DNA of 64,000 nt from Octopus vulgaris (Eukaryota): the NCBI GenBank assembly GCA_951406725.2, contig OX597842.1, forward strand, positions 930,001-994,000, written 5' to 3'. Both the position numbers and the translations under genes were made by a program. Under the pieces are notes generated by a model. That model did not search any database, was not told the origin of the DNA, and was given only the letters and a program-made list of their open reading frames with translations. Shown one piece after another: positions 42,662-55,190 of the stretch (the first letter of the stretch is position 1; every line of letters starts with the position of its first letter).

Positions 42662-43050
42662 GGCGCAGGAGTGGCTGTGTGGTAAGTAGCTCGCTAACCA
42701 ACTACATGGTTCCAGGTTCAGTCCCACTGCGTGGCACCTTGGGCAAGTGTCTTTACTATAGCCTTGGACTGACCAAAGCCTTGTGAGTGGATTTGGTAGA
42801 CGGAAACTGAAAGAAGCCCGCCGTATATATGTGTATATATATGTGTGTGTGTGTGTGTGTGTGAGTGTCCCTCCACCGTCGCTTGACAACCGATGCTGGT
42901 GTGTTTAGATCCCTGTCAATTAGTGATTTGGCTAAAGAGACCGATAGAATAAGTACTAAGCTTACAAAGAATAAGTCCTGGGGTTGATTTGTTCGACTAA
43001 AAGTGGTGCTCCAGCATGGCTGTGGTCAAATGATTGAAAAAGATAAAAGA
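42662..43050 (+). mobile_element. SINE A
   Basis: Match to family A. Confidence 0.9.
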
Positions 43051-43420
43051 ATACACTATGCCTGAATAAAAGGCGGGATGGTCACAGCTGGAGCATCTTT
43101 GATTACAGGTCTGCTGGATCAGCACCACCAACTATATACACTAACAGTAAACTACTATACAATGTAGTCTTAGATACATTATGTCTGAATAGAAGACTGG
43201 ATGGTCACAATTGGAACATCTGGATAAAGACCAGTCTAGAGCTAAACAACAACTATAGCAACTAATACTAAACTACTATGCTATACTTCTGATACTGTAG
43301 TCCAAGATACACTTAGTCTGAATAAAAGATGGGATGGTCAAAGCTGGAACATCTATGATCATAGGTCTGCTGGATCTGGACTGACCTGGGGTTAAAGAGC
43401 AACAAGAAGCACAACAGCAA
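43051..43420. repeat. About three tandem 120-135 bp units, same family as 45915-46478
   Basis: GAATAAAAGATGGGATGGTCACAGCTGGAAC...GACCTGGGG motif. Confidence 0.85.
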
Positions 43421-43579
43421 CATATCCAAAGAAAACGAAGATAGCCATTTAAAGTGTTGCACTCCACCGCCCTCGCCATGACCCCCACCCCCTATAACAC
43501 GAAAGCTAATTAGCAAGAACGAAGGAATCAATTCTGGAAGTGCCAAACTGGTCTTTGATGGAATCTTCGATCAGGACCC

Positions 43580-44216
43580 CAACCACTGACACCACCACCA
43601 CCACCACCACTGCCATGCCTGCCATGATCCCCATCACTGCCAACATCAACACTATCACCATCACCACCATTATTGCCACCACAACCATCACCAACACCAC
43701 CACCAACACCACCACCATCATCACCACAACCATCACCACCACCAAGACAATCAACACCACCACCACCATTACTGCCACCATCACCACCGCCACCACCACA
43801 TCCACCTTTACTACCAACATAGCTACCACCACACAACAGCACACTACAACCACCACAATAACTCAACAGAATACACCACTACCACCACCACCACTACTAC
43901 TACCAATACCAGTACACAATGCATACTACCACAAACTACCGCCTCTACTACAAATTACCTCCAGCAGCATATAACATCATCACCACCATTACCACCACCA
44001 CATCCACCTTTACTACCACCATCATCATCACAACCACCACCACCACATCCACCATTACCACCACCACATCCACCTTTACTACCACCATCATCATCACAAC
44101 CACCACCACCACATCCACCATTACCACCACCACCATCACCACCACCATCACCTTTACCACCACTACAATCATCACCACCAGCATATTTATCACCACCACC
44201 ACCACTGCAACCACCA
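43580..44216. repeat. (ACC/ATC)n low-complexity tract
   Basis: Imperfect CAC triplets with an internal duplication of about 66 bp. Confidence 0.88.
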
Positions 44217-44626
44217 GTGTGTGTTGGTGGGATGGGGGCGAGAGAGAGAGGGGGGTGGGGTAGGGCTGTGTTATCTCACCACAGATTGAATTCCAGCCAA
44301 TTTGCAATACAATGATGTTTGTCTTGTCTGACATCTTATCAACACCTACAGATGCGGAGGCTGGGTGCGGTCGGGGGGGGGGGCACGAAGATGAAGAGCT
44401 GGGATGGCTGAGGAAACTGATTGGTCGGTGATCATCGGTTGGCGCTGCTCACTGACAGACATGGAAGAGCGTGTGCGTGCGTGTGTGTGCATGTTTGTGT
44501 GTGTGTGTGTGTGTATGTGTGTGTGTGTTTGTGTGTGTGTGCAGTGGTCCTTTTACGTCCCATCATTTCTTGCAGATGCACCAAGTTAGGGGAGGGGGAC
44601 ATTCCCCCTTCCTGTTGTTCCTTCCT

Positions 44627-45300
44627 ACCATTCCTTTCCTTCTTACCATTTCCTTCCCTTTTTCTGTTTTTCCTTCTTACCCTTTCCTTCCTTCTTACCA
44701 TTTCTTTCCTTCTTTGTTTTTCCTTCCCTTTTTCTGTTTTTCCTTCTTACCCTTTCCTTCCTTCTTACCATTTCTTTCCTTCTTTGTTTTTCCTTCCCTT
44801 TTTCTGTTTTTCCTTCTTACCCTTTCCTTCCTTCTTACCATTCCTTTCCTTCTTTGTTTTTCCTTCCCTTTTTCTGTTTTTCCTTCTTACCCTTTCCTTC
44901 CTTCTTACCATTTCTTTCCTTCTTTGTTTTTCCTTCCCTTTTTCTGTTTTTCCTTCTTACCCTTTCCTTCCTTCTTACCATTCCTTTCCTTCTTTGTTTT
45001 TCCTTCCCTTTTTCTGTTTTTCCTTCTTACCCTTTCCTTCCTTCTTACCATTTCTTTCCTTCTTTGTTTTTCCTTCCCTTTTTCTGTTTTTCCTTCTTAC
45101 CCTTTCCTTCCTTCTTACCATTTCTTTCCTTCTTTGTTTTTCCTTCCCTTTTTCTGTTTTTCCTTCTTACCCTTTCCTTCCTTCTTTCTGTTTTTCCTTC
45201 TTACCATTTCCTTCCCTTCATTCTGTTTTTCCTTCTTACCATTCCTTCTTACCATTCCTTCCTTCTTTCTGTTTTTCCTTCTTACCATTTCCTTCCTTCT
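44627..45300. repeat. 70-bp polypyrimidine minisatellite, about 8 near-identical copies
   Basis: TCCTTCCCTT recurs at 44651, 44721, 44791 and onward to 45141. Confidence 0.96.
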
Positions 45301-45502
45301 TTCTCTCTTATTCCCTTCTTTAATCCTTTTTCTTTTCCATCTTTCTCTCTCGTCCTCCACTCATTCACCTTCTATGATTTCCTTCATTTCATTCTCTCAT
45401 TCAATGCTTTCCATTTTTCCTTCTTTCTTTTTTCTTTCACTCTTCTTTTAAAGTTTTTCTTCTTCATTTTGATTGGTCTAAACCACATCAACATCAACAA
45501 CA

Positions 45503-45880
45503 GTGGAGGCGCAATGGCCCAGTGGTTAGGGCAGCAGATTCACAGTCGGAAAAACGCAGTTTCAATTCCCAGACAGGGTGTTGTGTGTGTTCATTGAGCG
45601 AAAACACCTAAAGCTCCATGAGGCTTTGGCAGGGGGTGCTGACGACCCCCGTTGTACTCTTTCGCCCCAATTTTCTCTCACTCTTTCTTCCTGTTTCTTG
45701 TCCCCGACTTCCTACACAACAGCTAAGCCTGGATGTGCATTCATCCATCCGTCGATGCTCTCGGGGTCGGGGGTTGACCTGCTTTCTTTTCTGTGGGTCT
45801 TACAAATAGCAAAGGACCATGTTTCAGACTTCTCCCACTAGGGACAAAGACCGCTTTGCTCAACAAACAAACAAACAAAC
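45503..45880 (+). mobile_element. SINE family C, tail type iii
   Basis: Same head GGAGGCGCAATGGCCCAGTGGTTAGGGCAGC; different 3' half; (CAAA)n end. Confidence 0.85.
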
Positions 45881-45914
45881 AGCAACAACAACCACAAAAA
45901 CTAAACATTAAATA

Positions 45915-46478
45915 ATGTAGTCCAAGATACACTATGAATAAAAGATGGAGTGGTCACAGCTGGAATGTCTTTGATCATAAGTGTGTCTGAATCAGGACTG
46001 ACCTAGGGCTAAACAACAACAGCTATAACCATGAAGACTAAATACTCTATGATACATTAGATAATGTAGTCCAAGATACACTATGAATAAAAGATGGGGA
46101 GGTCACTGCTGGAACGTCTTTGATCATAAGTGTGTCTGGATCAAGACTGACCTGGGGCCAAACAACAACAACTATATCCCCTAATACTAACTACTATACA
46201 TTAGATAGTGTAGTCCTAGGTACACTATGACTGAATATAAGACTGGATGGTCACAACTGGAACACAAATCTGCTGGCTCGAGACCAGCCTGGGGCTAAAC
46301 AACAACTATAGTCATTAATACTATCATATTATACATTAGATAATGTAGTCCTAGATACACTATGTCTGAATAAAAGATGGGATGGTCACAGCTGGAACGT
46401 CTTCGATCATGGGTCTCTCTCTGCTGGATCAGGACCGACCAGAGACTAAACAAAAACAGCTGTAGCCACTAATACTAA
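45915..46478. repeat. Four tandem 135-147 bp units
   Basis: TAGTCC(A/T)AGATACACTATG recurs near 45919, 46067, 46211 and 46346. Confidence 0.88.
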
Positions 46479-46767
46479 CTAATATACTGAAACCACCCAG
46501 ATGTTGATAGCTTCAATCTTATCCTGTCCGTTTAATTTCAAATTAGGGATCAGTCTCAGTCTGTGCAAGTACTCCACTTTAAATTTTTCTGTCATTTCTT
46601 TCTCCATCAATTTATCCATTTCCAAAATCCCCAAGTACTTATAGCCCGTCTCTTCTATCTGCTTCATAACCTCCCCCAACGGTATCATTAGCCCATCCAT
46701 ACATTTGATTTTGCCTCTCTTCAAGACTAACACACCACACTTTCTCAGTCCAAACTCCATTCTGATA

Positions 46768-47024
46768 CATTTATTTACATTTGATGGATATTTGTCCTCA
46801 TCTTGTTTGTTAACACAACCTTTCGGCCGATATACCCTCCAGCCTTCATCAGGTGTCTTGGGGAAATTTCGAACCTGGGTTCTCATTCTCATTCCCAAGA
46901 CACCTGATGAAGGCAGGAGGATATATCAGCCGAAACGTTGTGTTAACAACAAACCTGATGAGGACAAATATCCGTCAAATGTAAATAATGTAAATAATTC
47001 CTCATCTCTTAAATATAGAACTGT
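46768..47024 (+). mobile_element. Penelope-like inverted terminal-repeat pair with 14-bp TSD
   Basis: ACTCCATTCTGATA at 46754-46767 and 47025-47038; divergent inverted arms each carrying a hammerhead. Confidence 0.9.
46899..46944 (+). ncRNA. Minimal type I hammerhead ribozyme motif
   Basis: GACAC / CTGATGA / A / GGCAG...CAGCC / GAAA / CGTT / GTGTT; mirror copy at 46812-46857 minus. Confidence 0.8.
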
Positions 47025-47054
47025 ACTCCATTCTGATATCAGCACTTATTATCA

Positions 47055-47091
<37 letters not shown>

Positions 47092-47094
47092 CAT

Positions 47095-47303
47095 TGAGTG
47101 AGAGAGTGCATGCCATCAAAGTGACACTGAGGTAAAATATACGAAGCCCAGTATACCCATCATGACTACCTGTCTGATAAGGGTACACCAGGCACATGCA
47201 TCACAACCATATCAAGATAAACAGCACATGACCTTGCAGGTGGGGCCCAGTTAGAATTTTCTTCTGGTCGAGTAGCCCATCCCACTCAAAAGGTCCCTGA
47301 ATA
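47095..47303 (-). mobile_element. Family D, 5'-truncated
   Basis: 3' end of family D between TTA/TAA repeats. Confidence 0.85.
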
Positions 47304-47378
47304 ATTATAATAATAATAATAATCATAATAATAATAATAATTATAATTATAATATTATTATTATTATTATTATTATTT

Positions 47379-47903
47379 ATTCAAGGCACTGCCTGGAATT
47401 GAACTCACAATCTTGAGGTTAGTATGGAAAAGCAGAGATGAAGTTAAAATAATAGACAGAGAACACCACTGGAAAATACGAAAACTAAAAGAAGCAGCAC
47501 ATATGTTAGGACACAACAACCTCCTAAGCAGACCGAGTGCAGATATGAGCAGCATATGGGAACATGTATCAAGGAAGGATAGGAGAGTATTAGATTTATA
47601 AGCCCTAAAATTCACTCAATAATTGCCCACAGGCATATAGCGTAATGGTTATGAGCACAGGCTACTAACTCCAAAATTGCAAGTTCAATTCCAGGTAGTG
47701 CCTTGAATTAATAATAATAATAATAATAATAAATAATATCAGCAAAAAATGAGAACCCAGGGTAAGGTTCAAAATTATACCAGGACACCTGATGAAGGCT
47801 GGAGAGTAAATCAACCAAAACATGGTAACAACAAACAAGATGAGGACACGTATCTGTCCAATGTAAATAATGTACAGAATTCCTTATCTCTAAAATACAG
47901 GAC
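47379..47903 (+). mobile_element. Penelope-like 3' fragment: GIY-YIG tail, tRNA-like segment, (AAT)n, hammerhead repeat; 5' inversion
   Basis: DEVKIIDREHHWKIRKLKEA resembles the PLE endonuclease C-terminus; GACACCTGATGAAGGCTGG near 47784; 47379-47425 is an inverted copy of 47663-47708. Confidence 0.8.
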
Positions 47904-48395
47904 AATACAAAAATAAGGGGTTTGCCACAAATTAGGAGGTGAGGGTACTTGAATCCATGCAAAAGACCAAGTATTTTTCTTAGTGAAAATCGTGCTTGGG
48001 AAACTATCAAAATTTATTGAAATTTCTCTGTCTTGACAAGAATTTTTCAAATTTACTTTTTTTACACCAAAATGTTGACATGGAGGGAAAGTCTTTTATG
48101 AAAAAAAAAACCAATTGAAAATCTATGATTTTTTTCCATCCCTTCCACCCTCCTTGGGACCTGTGGCCAAGGTATTTGATTCCATGCAAAAAAATCCGAG
48201 TTTTTTTTTTTTCTTAGGGAAAATCGTGCGGGTGAAAATATCAAAATTTACCGAAAATTCAACTTACGTGGGCAAGCTATTCCAAAACCCAATCGAAGAA
48301 TTTACTTATGTTTATTAAAGTATTTGTCTTATAAAAGCCAGACAAATTTACTCCAGCTTCTAAACCACGATTTAAACGTTTAATATTCTTAATTC

Positions 48396-48426
<31 letters not shown>

Positions 48427-48491
48427 TATACACACACATATATATATATATATACATATATATATACACATATATATACACACACATATAT

Positions 48492-48540
<49 letters not shown>

Positions 48541-48573
48541 TACACACACACATATATATATACACGCATATAT

Positions 48574-48604
<31 letters not shown>

Positions 48605-48783
48605 CACATATATATACACACACATATATATATATACACATATATATACACACATATATATATATATATACACATATATATATACACACACATATATATA
48701 TATATATATACACACACACATACACACATATATATACACATATATATACACACATATACATATATATACACACATATATATAT

Positions 48784-48884
<101 letters not shown>

Positions 48885-49645
48885 AAGTTGAATTAAGAAG
48901 GTCGTTTTAATCAATGAAGAATTAAAATGTAATTACAAATAATTGAACGACAACAGACGACAGCGACAGAAAAATAATAAAACTAATTAGAACAAACAAA
49001 TACTATTTTAATTAAATTTTCGTAAACAGAACAACGTAAAACTGAAGAAAGGTGCCCAAGATGGCTGCTGCGAGCAACAAGGGCGATAGCAAGAATTACA
49101 CAAAATTACTGTTTATGCCGTGAAAATAAAAGAATAAATTTCCATAAAATTGAATCGTTGCCAGTTATTTTGAATAGATAAATGATATTTGAATGTTCAG
49201 GCATTAATTATTTATGGGAAATTAATGAAAAAAGAAAAAAAGTCTAGATTTGCCAGCTTTCTGTAGGCAACGCTAATTGAAACAGATTCACAAGCCCACA
49301 AAATATTCGTTAGGAGCCAACGGTAGTTATCTCTCCTGATCGAACATTCTAGAATATTGGAGAAAATTCTCGGTGAACATGATTAACTCCCCCTTTGCTA
49401 ATTTACTATGAATAACTCCAAAATAACATGCAAGAGGTCGCTAGTAGCACGGCACCTATTTAGGCGGCATTCCTGCTTAAATCAGGCTCTCTTCTTTAAC
49501 TGCTTCTCTGAGATGTGACAAGGTCTGCCACGTGCTAGAAAGAGCCGGGCACAGGAATTTGATATCTGATTTCCGACCAATAGCTCATCAAGGTATTCTA
49601 CGTCTAGTGCCAGTGAAAAGTAAATCTCATAGTTAGATTTATTTC

Positions 49646-51406
49646 TTATTTCTTTATTGCCTACAAGGGGCTAAACATAGAAGGGACAAACAAGGACAGA
49701 CAAAGGGATTAAGTCGATTAGATTGACCCCAGTGCACAACTGGTACTTAATTTATCAACCCCGAAAGGATGAAAGGCAAAGTTGACTTCGGCGGAATTTG
49801 AACTCAAAAGCTGCCAAATCTAGACCTTTTTCTTTTTTCATTAATTTCCCATAAATAATTAATGCCTGAACATTCAAATATCATTTATCGCCCAGCCTGC
49901 TAACGTTTCATATTTCTTTATTGCCCACAATGGGCCAAACATAGAGAGAGGACAAACAAGGACAAAGGGATTAAGTCGATTACATTGACCCCAGTGCGTA
50001 ACTGGTACCTATATAATCAACCCCGAAAGGATGAAAGGCAAAGTTGACCACAGCGGAATTTGAACTCAGAACGTAATGGCAGATGAAATACTGCTAAGCA
50101 TTTCGCCTGGCATGCTAACGTTTCTTATTTCTTTATTGCCCACAAGGGACCAAACATAGAGGGGACAAACAAGGACAGACAAAGGGATTAAGTTGATTAC
50201 ATTAACCCAGTGTGCAACTGGTACTTAATTTATCGACACTGAAAGGATGAAAGGCAAAGTTGACCACAGCAGAATTTGAACTCAGAACGTAGCAGCAGAA
50301 GAAATACCGCTAAGCATTTTGCCCAGTGTGCTAACGTTTCTTATTTCTTTATTGCCCACAAGGGGCTAAATATAGAGGGAACAAACAAGGACAAACAAAT
50401 GGATTAAGTCGATTACATTGACCCCAGTGCACAACAGGTACTTAATTTATCGACCCCAAAAGATGAAAGATAAAGTTGACTTCAGCAGAATTTGAACTCA
50501 GAACGTAATGGCAGACGAAATACCGCTAAGCATTTCACCTACTGTGCTAATGTGTCTTATTTCTTTATTGCCCACAAGGGGCTAAACATAGAGGGGACAA
50601 ACAAGGACAGAAAAATGGATTAAGTCAATTGCAATGACCCTAGTGTGTAACTGGTACTTAATTTATCAACCCCAAAAGGATGATAGGCAAAGTTGACCTC
50701 GGCGGAATTTGAACTCAGAACGTATGGCAGACGAAATACGGCTACGCATTTCGCCCAGCCGGCTAACATTTCATATTTCTTTATTGCCCACAAGGGGCTA
50801 AACATAGAGGGGACAAACAAGGACAGACAAAGGGATTAAGTCGATTACATTGACCCCAGTGCACGACTGGTACTTAATTTATCAACCCCAAAAGGATGAT
50901 AGGCAAAGTTGACCTCGGCGGAATTTGAACTCAGAACGTATGGCAGACGAAATACGGCTACGCATTTCGCCCAGCCGGCTAACATTTCATATTTCTTTAT
51001 TGCCCACAAGGGGCTAAACATAGAGGGGACAAACAAGGACAGACAAAGGGATTAAGTCGATTACATTGACCCCAGTGCACGACTGGTACTTAATTTATCG
51101 ACCCCGAAAGGATGAAAGGCAAAGTCGACCTCAGCAGAATTTGAACTCAGAACGTAAAAGCAGATGAAATACCTTTTTCTTTACTACCCACAAGGGGCTA
51201 AACACAGAGAGAACAAACAAAGACAGACAAAGGGATTAAGTTGATTACATTGACCCCAGTGTGCAACTGGTCCTTAATTTATCGACCCTGAAAGGATGAA
51301 AGGCAAAGTCGATCTCAGCGGAATTTGAACTCAGAACGTAAAAGCAGACGAAATACCGCTAAGCATTTCGCCCGGCATGCTAACATTTCTGCCAGCTTGC
51401 TGCCTT
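49646..51406 (-). mobile_element. SINE B octamer (about 216-bp period)
   Basis: Eight TTCTTTA(T/C)T(G/A)CC unit ends; flanking repeat GATTTATTTC at 49636-49645 and 51413-51422. Confidence 0.93.
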
Positions 51407-52117
51407 CAGGTTGATTTATTTCAATTTACTCAAAGTTATCATGCAAGTTGTTCAAAACCTTTCTTCTTCCCAGAAATCATTGCTTGATAACCAGTGTTAG
51501 AGCATTTATGTCCCTATAACATAGTGGTTCAACAAAGAGACCAAGAAATAAATACTAGGCTTAAAAAAAGTCCTAGAGTTGAATTGTTTGAGTAAAACCC
51601 TTCAAGGTGGTACTCCAGCATGGCCATTGTCAAATGACTAAAACAAGTAAAAGAATATATACAATGGGCTTCTTTCAATTTTCATCAACCAAATCCACTC
51701 TCAAGGCTTTGGTCAGCCAGGGGCCATAGTAGCAGACACTTGCCCAAGGTGCCACACAGTGGGATTGAAACCGGAAGCTTGTGGTTGGGAAGCAAGCTTC
51801 TTACTACACAGCCACACCTTCCCCTATAGTCACAAATGTTGGGTAGCGACCAAAAGAATACGACCGTAAATACAAGTGGCCAAAATGGGGTTCCTCTTCT
51901 GAAGGGTCTCTGCAAATGTTTCTGACAGGGTTCATAACTCAGGGATCAGAGAGTTTTTCCAGGCGGATCACCATTTGGGTCACAAGCATAATTAGCTGAA
52001 ACTATGGATAGCATCCAATCATCGCATTCTTGGCCTACACCAAGGCCTCCTGTCAGTCGTGGCGGCAGAGTCTTTCCTCTCTGTATTGAGAGATCACATC
52101 GCTGGTACTACAAACCT

Positions 52118-52507
52118 GTGGAGGCGCAATGGCCCAGTGGTTAGGGCAGCGGACTCGCGGTCATAGGATCGCGGTTTCGATTCCCAGACTGGGCGTTGTG
52201 CGTGTTTATTGAGCGAAAACACCTAAAAGCTCCACGAGGCTCCGGCAGGGGATGGTGGTGATCCCTGCTGTACTCTTTCACCCCAACTTTCTCTCACTCT
52301 TACTTCATGTTTCTGTTGTACCTGTATTTCAAAGGGCCGGCCTTGTCACTCTCTGTGTCACGCTGAATATCACCGAGAACTACGTTAAGGTAACGTGTCT
52401 GTGGAGTGCTCAGCCACTTACACGTTAATTTCACGAGCAGGCTGTTCCGTTGATTCGGATCAACCGGAACCCTCGTCGTCGTAACCGATGGAGTGCTTCC
52501 ACACACC
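52118..52507 (+). mobile_element. SINE family C, tail type i
   Basis: TSD ACTACAAACCT at 52107-52117 and 52508-52518. Confidence 0.95.
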
Positions 52508-52584
52508 ACTACAAACCTATGATTACAATATCACAGAAAAGAATCAGATCACTGTTTTTTTCAAGCCGTACCAACTAGCAGGAT

Positions 52585-53340
52585 TCCTAGGGGTAGACCA
52601 AGGAGGTGATGGTTGGATGACATCTATAGATTCAGTTGGTCATGCTTGTAAATAGAGCTTCTGGTGGGACCCTATGGAAGAGGTGCCTAAGGACTTGAGC
52701 CCCACAACTGACAAGAGACCTAGGGGTAGACCAAGAATGAGATGGTTGAATAATATCCATGGTCTTGGTTGGTCATGCTTGGAAATCCAGCTTCTGGTTG
52801 GACCCTGTGGAAGAGGTACCTAAGGACTCTAGCCCCACAACTGACAGGAGACCTAGGGGTAGACCAAGAATGCAATGGTTGGATAACATCCACAATCTCA
52901 GTTGCCCATGCTTGGGAATCCAGCTGTAAAGTTTAATGATGGCTGCTTCTGTTAGGAAGTTAGAGAGGGGGTGCCTGAGGACTCTACCCCCTCTGACCAG
53001 CAAGAGACTAAGTGGATAGACTAAGAATACGATGGATGGATAATATCCATAATCTTAGCTGGTCGTACATGGGGACCCAACTGTAAAAGGTAATGACAGC
53101 TGCTTCTGATAGGATGCTACGGAAGAAGTACCTAAGTTCTTTAACTCCATGATTTCAGGCAACTGAGAGGTAGATTAGGAAGGAGACTGTTGGAGAATGT
53201 CCATAATCTTGGTTGGTCATGGGAATCAAAATGGAAAATCTAATGACAGTTGCTTCTAATAGGACGCTACGGAGGAGGTGCTTGAAGATTCTACCACGAC
53301 CATCCTCCCGGGAATAGAGAGCAGAAAAGATGGATAGATT
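52585..53340 (+). repeat. Five tandem copies (133-157 bp) of an RTE-like LINE 3' coding end
   Basis: Units encode PRGRPRMxWLDNIH-like peptides; upstream 52075-52110 reads LCIERSHRWY. Confidence 0.7.
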
Positions 53341-53344
53341 CAGA

Positions 53345-54244
53345 TTTACTCTTTTACTCTTTTACTTGTTTCAGTCATTTGACTGCAGCCATGCTGGAGC
53401 ACCGCCTTTAGTCGAGCAAATCGACCCCGGGACTTATTCTTTGTAAGCCCAGTACTTATTCTATCGGTCTCTTTTGCCGAACTGTTAAGTGATGGGGACG
53501 TAAACACACCAGCATCGGTTGTCAAGCAATGTTGGGGGACAAACACATACACACACATACATATATATATATACATATATACGACAGGCTTCTTTCAGTT
53601 TCCGTCTACCAAATCCACTCACAAGGCATTGGTCGGCCCGGGGCTATAGCAGAAGACACTTGCCCAAGATGCCACACAGTGGGACTGAACCCGGAACCAT
53701 GTAGTTGGTTAGCAAGCTACTTACCACACAGCCACTCCTGCGCCTATACATATATATGACAGGCTTCTTTCAGTTTCCGTCTACCAAATCCACTCACAAG
53801 GCATTGGTCGGCCCGGGGCTATAGCAGAAGACACTTGCCCAAGATGCCACACAGTGGGACTGAACCCGGAACCATGTAGTTGGTTAGCAAGCTACTTACC
53901 ACACAGCCACTCCTGCGCCTATACATATATATGACAGGCTTCTTTCAGTTTCCGTCTACCAAATCCACTCACAAGGCATTGGTCGGCCCGGGGCTATAGC
54001 AGAAGACACTTGCCCAAGATGCCACGCAGTGGGACTGAACCCGGAACCATGTAGTTGGTTAGCAAGCTACTTACCACACAGCCACTCCTGCGCCTATACA
54101 TATATATGACAGGCTTCTTTCAGTTTCCGTCTACCAAATCCACTCACAAGGCATTGGTCGGCCCGGGGCTATAGCAGAAGACACTTGCCCAAGATGCCAC
54201 GCAGTGGGACTGAACCCGGAACCATGTAGTTGGTTAGCAAGCTA
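53345..54244 (-). mobile_element. SINE A tail plus four tandem heads (175-bp period)
   Basis: A(C/T)GACAGGCT at 53581, 53756, 53931 and 54106; last head truncated. Confidence 0.95.
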
Positions 54245-54559
54245 AAAGTATTAGCATGATATCTTTCAGCTTTTGCCAACACAGTGTCGCACAGGGAAAT
54301 AACAAATGTAACAATTGTACAGAGGAAAAAAAAACCGAAATATTATCATGAATACATGATGGCTTGCAGCTCCCATTCCATCCGGATTGAGAAATTGACT
54401 ATTGTATTTGACAAAAATTAATTCTTCAAATTCGTTTTTCTCTGTTGGATTCTACATTTTATAACCTGCCATAACTGCAGCATTGTCATGGCACTGAAAG
54501 CAACCGTTTTCTAAAGTTATTACATCTTTTACAAGTTGCTCCAAAATTACGCACATATA

Positions 54560-54738
54560 GGCGCAGGAGTGGCTGTGTGGTAAGTAGCTTGCTAACTAAC
54601 CACATGGTTGCGGGTTCAGTCCCACTGCGTGGCATCTTGGGCAAGTGTCTTCTGCTATAGCCCCGGGCCGACCAATGCCTTGTGAGTGGATTTGGTAGAC
54701 GGAAACTGAAAGAAGCCTGCCTGTCATATATATGTATG

Positions 54739-54786
<48 letters not shown>

Positions 54787-55190
54787 GTAGGAGTGGCTGT
54801 ATGATAAGTAGCTTGCTTACCAACCACATGGTTCCAGGTTCAATCCCATTGCATAGCACCTTGGACAAGTGTCTTCTACTATAGCCTCAGGCCAACCAAT
54901 GCCTTGTGAGTGGATTTGGTAGACGGAAACTGAAAGAAGCCTGTCGTATATATGTATATATATGTATGTGTGTGCGTTTGTGTGTCTGTGTTTGTCCCCC
55001 TAGCATTGCTTAACAACCGATGCTGGTGTGTTTACGTCCCCGTCACCTAGCGGTTCGGCAAAAGAGACCGATAGAATAAGTACTGGGCTTACAAAGAATA
55101 AGTCCCGGGGTCGATTTGCTCGACTAAAAGGCGGTGCTCCAACATGGCCGCAGTCAAATGACTGAAACAAGTAAAAGAGTAAAAGAGAGA
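54560..55190 (+). mobile_element. SINE A: two heads plus tail
   Basis: Heads near 54560 and 54787. Confidence 0.92.

Larger units (their letters stand above)
46482..47046 (-). pseudogene. R4/Dong-clade LINE RT fragment interrupted by a PLE insertion
   Basis: IRMEFGLRKC...GYKYLGILE...KLNGQDKIEAINIW; sequence resumes at 47025-47046. Confidence 0.85.

Noticed and set aside
43540-44263. Thr-rich or Val/Gly-rich ORFs
   Set aside because: ACC low-complexity tract, open on both strands.
44421-45597. Long hydrophobic F/L/P/S ORFs
   Set aside because: Pyrimidine minisatellite lacking stops in all three frames.
47915-48375. Possible MITE with internal duplicated motifs
   Set aside because: Internal repeats are visible, but I could not define terminal repeats or a TSD.
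52120-52195. Functional tRNA gene
   Set aside because: The tRNA-like sequence runs into a SINE body with a TSD, has no proper acceptor stem or T-run terminator, and recurs as diverged copies.
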